NCBI GenBank assembly: GCA_041650515.1
Contig: JBAZLA010000001.1
Coordinates: 146,710 to 210,709 of the forward strand
Direction: 5' to 3'
Source of the DNA: Patescibacteria group bacterium
Lineage (GTDB): Bacteria; Patescibacteriota; Patescibacteriia; JACRDY01
Length of the DNA stretch: 64,000 bases
Made by a program: the position numbers and the translations under genes. The notes under the pieces were generated by a model that saw only the letters and a list, made by a program, of their open reading frames with translations, had not been told where the DNA came from and did not search any database. How positions within the stretch are numbered: the first letter of the stretch is position 1; each line of letters opens with the position of its first letter. Of the stretch, positions 38,118 to 45,193 are shown one piece after another.

Positions 38118-38915
38118 TTATTCTAATATTTTTTTGATTGCTAATAGAGACTCCCGGGCGGCTTCTTCACCGCTAGCCATTATCTCCGGCCCGGCTTGAT
38201 CAAAAAAATATTTTTTAATGCCCAAAAAATCTTTGCATATTATCTTGGGTTCGATCACAATATCGGCATCAGCAAAAGAATACTCGGCTAACCGACGGGA
38301 CATTAACCTAAAACTAATATTGATATTTTCGAATAGTGATATCTTTTTTTGACTATCTTTGGGCGGATAGTGCTTGGTCAGGTTGACGGCAATAACTAAG
38401 TCGGCGCCCATTTCTCGGGCTAGTCTTGAAGGCAGCGGATCAACGACCCCGCCATCAACTAAAATTTGACCAGCCAGATAAATCGGCGTAAAAATTCCCG
38501 GCACCGCCATACTAGCATAAACCGCCTCAGGGACTTTACCTTGTTTTAAAACAACTCTTTTACCCGACACCAAGTCGGCTGCCACTACGGCTAAAGGAAT
38601 CTTGGTTTCTGAAAAATCATTGTCACCAAGCCACTCATAAAGCAATTTTTTAACCTTTTTTTCGCTGACCACCCCACCTTTAATATTGAGCAAGACTGCC
38701 AGTTTTTCTCGTTTTTTGCCAACGGTTATCTCGGTTAGCTTTTCTAAATCGTGGTGCAGGGCATAATGCGCCGCCACCCAAGCACCAATACTCGTTCCAG
38801 CAATATAATCAATTGGAATATTATTCTCTAACAAAACCTTAAGGACGCCAATATGCGCTAAACCACGAGCGCCACCGCCACCGAAAACCAAACCAACTTT
38901 TTTTCTCTTCTCCAT
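38118..38915 (-). CDS. Patatin-like phospholipase
   Basis: 265 aa with an oxyanion GGGGARG, the nucleophile GTSIG and a DGG motif. Confidence 0.8.
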   Translation of the reverse strand: MEKRKKVGLVFGGGGARGLAHIGVLKVLLENNIPIDYIAGTSIGAWVAAHYALHHDLEKLTEITVGKKREKLAVLLNIKGGVVSEKKVKKLLYEWLGDNDFSETKIPLAVVAADLVSGKRVVLKQGKVPEAVYASMAVPGIFTPIYLAGQILVDGGVVDPLPSRLAREMGADLVIAVNLTKHYPPKDSQKKISLFENINISFRLMSRRLAEYSFADADIVIEPKIICKDFLGIKKYFFDQAGPEIMASGEEAARESLLAIKKILE

Positions 38916-39023
38916 AACCTTAATTTAATAATTCTAGCTCTAGTATAACACAAAACGCCCTTCGGAAAGAAAGAGCGCTTTGTGAGGTCAGTTGATGGAT
39001 ATACTCGGCATTATCAATAACTA

Positions 39024-40130
39024 TTATTCTCTTATCTTCAAAAAATACGAAGCTAAATAACTAGCGACTGGAACAGCGGCCATTAGGGCTATGCTACCAA
39101 CTAACATTCTTACTATCTCAGTTGCCACAATTTCATTACTGACCACCTGCTCAAACCCTAGAAAAGGTGGTTCGTGAACATTAAACAAAATTAATAATGG
39201 AAGTGACGCGCCAGCATAGGCAAAAAACAATGTGTTGGTCATAGAGCTTATATGGTCAACGCCCACCTTCAAACTACTAAAAAATATTTCTCTATTAGAG
39301 AATTTAGGATTAGCTCTTTTAAGCTGTTCAACCACCGAAATCTGACTAATAACTACGTCATCTAAAACACCTAAAACACCGATTAAAATTCCGGCCAACA
39401 GTAGCCCTTCCAGGTTTAAACTATTACCATATAAGTTAATTAAATAAATCGATTCTTCGCCCGCTAAACCAGACAACTTAACAAAAGATGAAAAAAATAC
39501 AGACAACAACCCCGCTAAAGCTAAAGAAAAAAATAAACTAGCGTTAGCTAAATGCGCTTTCCTATTCAAACCTTGAGTTAAATAAATAGCTAAAGCTAAA
39601 ATTAAAAAACCCCCCACAACAGTTATAAAAACCGGGCTGCCGCCGTTTATTATTCTAGGAATAATTATTTTTAGAATAACGACGAAACTGATCAATAGGG
39701 CAATCAGAGAACGAAACCCCTTCCACTTGCCAACGATCAAAACACTAATAGCAAAAACAAGAAATAATAAATAAATTTTATTAGTTCTGTAGTAGTCTAC
39801 TATATATATTTGGCTGTTTCCCTCAAAATCAAAACTTTCCGCTACCAAAACCTTGTCACCTTTTTGATAAATATTATTTTTGACAACTTCAAAATCGTGT
39901 ACCCCTTCAAAAATAAATTCTTTACCCTTGTAGCCATTTTCTAAGCCTCTAATCTTTATATTCTGTTGAGTATATACCCGACCATCTTCAGACTCTTTTT
40001 CAGTCTCTAATAAAATCTCGAGGACCTCGGCTTTGAATATTTTTTCCTCTGGAATATCAGCTCCTTCTTGCGCGAAAAGAAAAGAAGGTATTAATAATAG
40101 AACCAAAAATATAAATATTATTTTTTGCAT
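39024..40130 (-). CDS. YibE/F-like membrane protein
   Basis: 368 aa with a signal peptide and extracellular domain, then a polytopic region with DDVVISQISVVE...NTLFFAYAGASLP. Confidence 0.45.
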   Translation of the reverse strand: MQKIIFIFLVLLLIPSFLFAQEGADIPEEKIFKAEVLEILLETEKESEDGRVYTQQNIKIRGLENGYKGKEFIFEGVHDFEVVKNNIYQKGDKVLVAESFDFEGNSQIYIVDYYRTNKIYLLFLVFAISVLIVGKWKGFRSLIALLISFVVILKIIIPRIINGGSPVFITVVGGFLILALAIYLTQGLNRKAHLANASLFFSLALAGLLSVFFSSFVKLSGLAGEESIYLINLYGNSLNLEGLLLAGILIGVLGVLDDVVISQISVVEQLKRANPKFSNREIFFSSLKVGVDHISSMTNTLFFAYAGASLPLLILFNVHEPPFLGFEQVVSNEIVATEIVRMLVGSIALMAAVPVASYLASYFLKIRE

Positions 40131-40154
40131 ATGAGCGTATTATATCTCAATTCC

Positions 40155-40232
40155 ACTAAAATCAAAAACACCTCCCAAAATAGGAGATGTCTTTTCCTTT
40201 GTCTTCGAACTTATGCCTAGAAACAAAGATCA
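40155..40232 (+). repeat. 75-bp direct repeat, copy A (terminator-like hairpin + T-rich tract)
   Basis: It matches 40790-40865 at about 88% identity. The sequence is aaaaacacctccc...ggagatgtcttttcctttgtcttcgaacttatgcctagaaacaaag. Confidence 0.7.
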
Positions 40233-40252
40233 GCTATGTGACGCGTTCAGAA

Positions 40253-40768
40253 CTATAGATGAAGCTTTGCGCCTTGATATTTCTCTAATAATTTCTTAAT
40301 ATCCTTATTAGATTTTATAATAATTATTTTTTTATTACTATGTTTCTTTAATAACTCTAGTGCTCTAGGTTTTCTTTCCTGAGGATATTCTAACAAAATA
40401 TTTCTAATTAACTTAAGGCTTACTTTTTCTTCACAATTGTTTAACTTATCAATTCTATCTTTTAAAATTCTTCTCTTAAACACTCGCCAGAGACAAACAG
40501 AACGATTGATATCTAAAAATATTATTGCATCGGTTGCTGGAGCTATAATATCAAGGGTGCTTTTATAATTTCCTTCTAAAATCCAACGGTCAGTTTTTAT
40601 CAACTCTAAAACTTTTTTTCGCCATCCACTTTTTTCTGGACTTTTCCATCCTGGTTGCCAATAACATTGGTCTAAACTCACAAAAGGAAAACTCAATATT
40701 TCACCAATCTTTTTTGCAATTGTAGATTTACCAGACCCAGAAGAACCTATAATTAAAATTCTTTTCAT
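40253..40768 (-). CDS. P-loop NTPase (adenylate-kinase/FlaR 'topology modulation'-like)
   Basis: 171 aa with a Walker A motif in ILIIGSSGSGKSTIAKKIG. The gene is bracketed by the 75-bp direct repeats. Confidence 0.55.
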   Translation of the reverse strand: MKRILIIGSSGSGKSTIAKKIGEILSFPFVSLDQCYWQPGWKSPEKSGWRKKVLELIKTDRWILEGNYKSTLDIIAPATDAIIFLDINRSVCLWRVFKRRILKDRIDKLNNCEEKVSLKLIRNILLEYPQERKPRALELLKKHSNKKIIIIKSNKDIKKLLEKYQGAKLHL

Positions 40769-40789
40769 ATAGACGAATTATACCTTATT

Positions 40790-40865
40790 TCTCAAACCAA
40801 AAACACCTCCCTCATCAGAAGGAGATGTCTTTTCCTTTGTCTTCGAGCTTATGCTTAGAGACAAA
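40790..40865 (+). repeat. 75-bp direct repeat, copy B, abutting tRNA-His
   Basis: See copy A. Confidence 0.7.
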
Positions 40866-40938
40866 GGTGACCGACGGGAATCGAACCCGTATAGCTGGTG
40901 CCACAGACCAGTGCACTAACCATTGTGCTACGGTCACC
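40866..40938 (-). tRNA. tRNA-His (anticodon GTG) with encoded G-1
   Basis: The reverse complement is G-GTGACCGTAGCACAATGGTTAGTGCACTGGTCTGTGGCACCAGCTATACGGGTTCGATTCCCGTCGGTCACC. The extra 5' G pairs with the discriminator C, which is the His identity element. The anticodon loop is CTGTGGC. Confidence 0.8.
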
Positions 40939-40984
40939 ATACATTAATTATTAATTACTAATTAATAATTGGTAACTGTTGTAA

Positions 40985-41264
40985 TCGCCCTCAGTAGGAA
41001 TCCCACCCCTACGGGTGGTGGCCCGTTAGGGCCAGAACCTACAAGAGAACAGTTGCTCTACTACTGGTTTCCAATATTCGCCCTCAGTAGGAATCCCACC
41101 CCTACGGGTGGTGGCCCGTTAGGGCCAGAACCTACAAGAGAACAGTTGCTCTACTACTGGTTTCCAATATTCGCCCTCAGTAGGAATCCCACCCCTACGG
41201 GTGGTGGCCCGTTAGGGCCAGAACCTACAAGAGAACAGTTGCTCTACTACTGGTTTCCAATATT
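40985..41264. repeat. Three tandem 93-bp units, each ending (tRNA orientation) in the 17-nt tRNA-Arg 3' terminus and containing a tRNA-3'-half-like segment with 32-nt double-hairpin insertion
   Basis: The units begin at 40985, 41079 and 41172 and are essentially identical. The next copy at 41265 is the genuine tRNA-Arg. The ORF-track 113-aa frame 40969..41310 is a repeat artefact. Confidence 0.8.
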
Positions 41265-41336
41265 CGCCCTCAGTAGGAATCGAACCTACATATCCAGCTT
41301 AGAAGGCTAGTGTTCTATCCATTGAACTATGAGGGC
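41265..41336 (-). tRNA. tRNA-Arg (anticodon TCT)
   Basis: The reverse complement GCCCTCATAGTTCAATGGATAGAACACTAGCCTTCTAAGCTGGATATGTAGGTTCGATTCCTACTGAGGGCG is a 72-nt cloverleaf. Confidence 0.8.
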
Positions 41337-41389
41337 TCAATTCGCACGAGTAAACCCAATTCTATCATATTTTTTTCAAAAATCAACCC

Positions 41390-42448
41390 CTAACTCTTTT
41401 TCCGCTGGCGACCATGAAAAGCCTTATAGACCTCACGCAAATGTTTATCGGTAATATGAGTATAAATTTGGGTTGTGGTGATGGAAGCATGGCCCAATAA
41501 CGACTGCACCGAACGGATATCAGCACCAGAAGTTAATAAATCAGTGGCAAAACTATGACGCAAAGTGTGCGGCGTAATCTTTTTGGTGATGCCGGCCAGC
41601 CGAGCGTACTTTTTGATCAATCGTTGCACTGACCGCGGCGTCAAAAAACTCACCTCCTCTACTCCTCTGGACTCTGGACTCGGGACTCGGGACTTATTTG
41701 CCCGATCATGACTAACAAAAATATAATCCGAACCATCCCGTCGAGTCGCCAAATAGCGTCGTAACCAAAATTTAGCTTGGTTAGAAATAAAAACCACTCG
41801 CGGTTTGTCACCCTTGCCCCGGACGGTAAATTCTTCTTTAGCTAGATTAATCTGATCTTTTTGAAGATGGACTAATTCTGAGACGCGCAGACCAGTCGAA
41901 AACAACATTTCTAATATGGCTTTGTCGCGGAGCGGAATAATATTGGCAATATAATCATTACCATCTTGATCAATCTCAACTTTATTAATCTGTAACGGCG
42001 CAGCTAAAAACCGTTCTAGATCGCTGCCTTCTAAATATTCAATGTGCCGTTCGGACTGCCTCGCTAGCTCAATTTTTTCTGGTGCCAAAGACCTAATATC
42101 GTTTTTGGCTAAATATTTAAGAAAAGAGCGCAAAGCAATCAGATGATAGTTCTGAGTGCTACTCTTGAGATTTTTACCATGATCATCAGTAGCTCGATTG
42201 AGCCAAAGCCGAAACTGACGGATCAGGCTCGAGTCGACATCTTCAATCTTAAAACTTTTGTTTTTACTTTTAGCCCAATTAAAAAACCGCTGTAAATAAA
42301 AATCATAATTACGAATCGTAGCTTGCGCTCGACCACGTTCGATCTCGAGATATTCGAGAAAATTAGTGACTAGGGGATTAGCTGACATAATTAAGAAAGC
42401 AAAAAAGCATACGGCCTCTCCGCCGAATCGGCGGATTGGCCTAAGCAA
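41390..42448 (-). CDS. Tyrosine site-specific recombinase/integrase (XerC/D-like)
   Basis: 352 aa with an N-terminal SAM-like domain. The catalytic C-terminus reads HTLRHSFATDLLTSGADIRSVQSLLGHASITTTQIYTHI (R...HxxR...Y). It is adjacent to tRNA-Arg. Confidence 0.8.
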   Translation of the reverse strand: MLRPIRRFGGEAVCFFAFLIMSANPLVTNFLEYLEIERGRAQATIRNYDFYLQRFFNWAKSKNKSFKIEDVDSSLIRQFRLWLNRATDDHGKNLKSSTQNYHLIALRSFLKYLAKNDIRSLAPEKIELARQSERHIEYLEGSDLERFLAAPLQINKVEIDQDGNDYIANIIPLRDKAILEMLFSTGLRVSELVHLQKDQINLAKEEFTVRGKGDKPRVVFISNQAKFWLRRYLATRRDGSDYIFVSHDRANKSRVPSPESRGVEEVSFLTPRSVQRLIKKYARLAGITKKITPHTLRHSFATDLLTSGADIRSVQSLLGHASITTTQIYTHITDKHLREVYKAFHGRQRKKS

Positions 42449-42601
42449 AAAAACAAATATTGTTTTTTTGTTTTCTTGTTTTCTTGATTTATTGCTTTCT
42501 CATTATATTTTACGACACTAAAAGAATAAAGGCAAATAAAAAAACCGCCCCAGCTCTCCTATAGCTACAAGCGGCGAATTTATTGTCTTTCCCTCCTGGG
42601 T

Positions 42602-43795
42602 TTAGAACTCCAAGCCGTGGATGCCCAGCACAGCCTCGTTGCCATCCAGCATCTCGCGGATCATGGCGTCGAGATGCGGTATCGTCTCCGACGCCAGGTC
42701 CAACACCGTAACCGCCGTCTGGCCATTACCTTGGTTGACCACGGCGCTGATATTGCCGCCGGCCTCGGCAACCTTGCTGGTCAAGAAGGCTAAGACCCCG
42801 GGTTGATCATGATGCAGCGCGGTCAACCGCTGCTTGACGTTTGCCGCTGGTGAGCTACCGGCGGACGGGAAGTTGACGCTGTTTCTGACGACACCCCAGT
42901 GCAACCATTCGTACAAAGTGTCACTGGCCATCTTAGCGCAACGATCTTCCGACTCTTGAGTCGAAGCGCCCAAGTGTGGTGTGCAAATCACACCCGGATG
43001 ACCGACCACGCCGGGTGTGGCAAAGTCGGTAATATAACACAGATTCTGGTCGGCATCCAACATCGCCACAATCGTCTTCTCATCAACCACCCCGGCACGA
43101 GAGAGATTGGCGATAAACGACCCGCCAAACGCCGACAATACCTTGGAACCCAACAGGCCCTTGGTAGCAGCGTTAAGAGGCACATGCACGGTCAAAATCG
43201 CCGCCTTCGCCGCCACTTCCTCGAGCGGAAGTAGCGTCACCCCGGGTACCAGGCGCAAAGCGTTGGCCGTCGTCAGCCCGGGGTCACAGGCGACCACCTG
43301 CATTCCCAAGGCCACGGCTTGGTTGGCCACCGCGATGCCTACCTGACCTAAGCCGACCACGCCGAGTGTTTGACCCCGCAATTCGCGACCGGCAAAGGCC
43401 TTCTTACCTTTTTCAACTTCTTTTTTCATCTCGTCGGCCGTCTTACCGGCCAAACCCGAGACGAATTGCAGCGCGGGTACGACCTTACGCAAGGCCATAC
43501 CGAGGAGAACGAACAACAGCTCGGCCACGCTTTGAGCGTTAGCCCCCGGCGCGTTAAACACCGGGATGCCCCGCTCGGTCGCCGCCGCAACCGGAATGTT
43601 GTCCGTGCCGCTGCCGGCGCGAGCAACGCCCTGTAAACTCGGATATAATCCGATATCCACGGGGGCGCTGCGCACCATAATGCCGACAACCCTTTCCAAC
43701 ACCATTTCCGGACCAGCGGTGACAAAATCACAGTTGCTACCCGACCAATCCGGTCTCCCCAATCCATTCAACAACAGAACTTGGCGCTCTTTCAT
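42602..43795 (-). CDS. D-isomer-specific 2-hydroxyacid dehydrogenase, SerA-like (with C-terminal ACT-like region), GC-rich (~60%)
   Basis: 397 aa with the NAD-binding motif GVVGLGQVGIAVANQAVALGMQVVACDP and a catalytic HLGAST-type region. Composition is far above the flanks. Confidence 0.7.
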   Translation of the reverse strand: MKERQVLLLNGLGRPDWSGSNCDFVTAGPEMVLERVVGIMVRSAPVDIGLYPSLQGVARAGSGTDNIPVAAATERGIPVFNAPGANAQSVAELLFVLLGMALRKVVPALQFVSGLAGKTADEMKKEVEKGKKAFAGRELRGQTLGVVGLGQVGIAVANQAVALGMQVVACDPGLTTANALRLVPGVTLLPLEEVAAKAAILTVHVPLNAATKGLLGSKVLSAFGGSFIANLSRAGVVDEKTIVAMLDADQNLCYITDFATPGVVGHPGVICTPHLGASTQESEDRCAKMASDTLYEWLHWGVVRNSVNFPSAGSSPAANVKQRLTALHHDQPGVLAFLTSKVAEAGGNISAVVNQGNGQTAVTVLDLASETIPHLDAMIREMLDGNEAVLGIHGLEF

Positions 43796-43896
43796 CCTAC
43801 ACCTCTCCTCCTGGTTATTCAGATTTCAATTCCGGAAGCAAGCACTGCTCATATCTTAACTAGTTCTGATCTAAACTGTCAATTGATCACCATGGT

Positions 43897-43925
43897 TGAC
43901 TAAAAATGTCTCTCGTGATATTCTA
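43897..43925 (+). promoter_or_regulatory. Promoter for rpsO (TTGACT-17-TATTCT)
   Basis: The sequence is ttgactaaaaatgtctctcgtgatattct. Confidence 0.4.
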
Positions 43926-44037
43926 CGAATTACTAATTAATTTGGGCGCTAACCTCGGTTTTTGGCCAAAACCTTAGACTGGGATAGCCGCCAGGAGCCC
44001 AGCCTCGCCAGACGCGAGTCTAGGCGGGCAAAACGCT

Positions 44038-44403
44038 ATGTTATCCAAACAAAAAAAGGACAAGATCATTGCCAAATTTAAGACTCACGCTCAGGATACT
44101 GGTTCACCTCAAGTGCAAGTAGCTATTCTGACTGAGGAGGTTAAAGAATTGACCAAACACCTTAAGGAACACCCCCTGGATTATTCTTCACGCCGTGGCC
44201 TAATCCGTAAAGTTAACGAACGTCGCAAGTTGCTCAAGTATCTAGCCCGAGAAGATAATCAAGCCTGGGAAAAACTAGTTAAAGAATTAAAAATAAAAAT
44301 TCCTAAGGTCCGAGAAGAAAAACTACTCGAAGAACTGGAAGAAGAGATCCTACCAGTTGATGAACCAGCTGAGGTTGAAGAAGTTAAAGACGACACTCTC
44401 TAG
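44038..44403 (+). CDS. rpsO: 30S ribosomal protein S15 (with acidic C-terminal extension)
   Basis: The match is TGSPQVQVAILTEEVKELTKHLKEHPLDYSSRRGLIRKVNERRKLLKYL. Confidence 0.85.
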   Translation: MLSKQKKDKIIAKFKTHAQDTGSPQVQVAILTEEVKELTKHLKEHPLDYSSRRGLIRKVNERRKLLKYLAREDNQAWEKLVKELKIKIPKVREEKLLEELEEEILPVDEPAEVEEVKDDTL

Positions 44404-44501
44404 TAACTTTAAAAGCCCGATCCGGGCTTTTATTAATAAAAGCTATTGGCTTCTGCCCTGAGTAAAATCGAAGGGATCGGCCATCAGCTAACTGCTATTT
44501 T

Positions 44502-45002
44502 ATGATCAAACACCCAGAACAGCGCGTCGGCGTCTTCGTCGACAGCCAAAACATGTATCACACTGCCAAAAACCTCTACCGAGCTAAGGTTAACTTTAAA
44601 GAAATACTCAAAACCGCTATTGCTGGCCGCCGTCTAGTTCGAGCAGTGGCCTATGTTATCGAATCCAAAAGCCATGAAGAAGCTGGTTTTTTTGACGCCT
44701 TGGATAAGCAAGGTTTTGAAGTTAAGAGTAAAGAGCTCCAAGTTTTCTTTGGTGGCGCCAAAAAAGGCGATTGGGATATTGGCATGGCCATCGACACCGT
44801 CAAAATGGCTGACAAACTAGATTGCGTCATTCTGGTTACTGGCGACGGTGATTTTATCCCGCTGATCAGATACCTAAAAGAAAACAAAGGCTGTTTGGTT
44901 GAAGTCGTAGCTTTTAGTAAAACTACTTCGACTAAACTAATCGAAGAAGCTGACGATTTTACCGATCTTGGTGCTAACCCTAAAAAGTATTTAATTAAAT
45001 GA
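44502..45002 (+). CDS. NYN-domain (LabA-like PIN) ribonuclease-family protein
   Basis: 166 aa. RVGVFVDSQNMY...DWDIGMAIDTVKMADKLDCVILVTGDGDFIPLI matches the NYN catalytic Asp pattern. Confidence 0.7.
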   Translation: MIKHPEQRVGVFVDSQNMYHTAKNLYRAKVNFKEILKTAIAGRRLVRAVAYVIESKSHEEAGFFDALDKQGFEVKSKELQVFFGGAKKGDWDIGMAIDTVKMADKLDCVILVTGDGDFIPLIRYLKENKGCLVEVVAFSKTTSTKLIEEADDFTDLGANPKKYLIK

Positions 45003-45193
45003 AATTATTGAATAATCATTCAATTATTTCATCCTGAGTCCGCCGTGGCGGACAAAGGATCACTTATCCGTTTTATTAATAATTAATAAATAATTCCGGT
45101 GAGAAGCAAGTTGTTGTTAGTTACGCTGGCTTACTAAAAAACTTTAGTAGTCAGGAAAATAACAAAAACTTCCTCTGGGCCGGAGAAAAATTT

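Noticed and set aside
40985-41264. Possible CRISPR array (regularly spaced repeats)
   Set aside because: The whole 93-bp units are identical, with no unique spacers. The units are tRNA-derived. No cas genes are present.
40969-41310. 113-aa ORF in the track (NPTPTGGGPLGPEPTREQLLYYWFPIFALSR repeated three times)
   Set aside because: Its periodic translation is a by-product of reading through three identical 93-bp DNA repeat units that end in a tRNA-Arg fragment. There is no ribosome-binding site, and it overlaps the genuine tRNA-Arg.
42899-43767. Several 60-113-aa ORFs on both strands inside the SerA-like gene
   Set aside because: These are artefacts of a high-GC open frame on the opposite strand of a well-supported 397-aa dehydrogenase gene.
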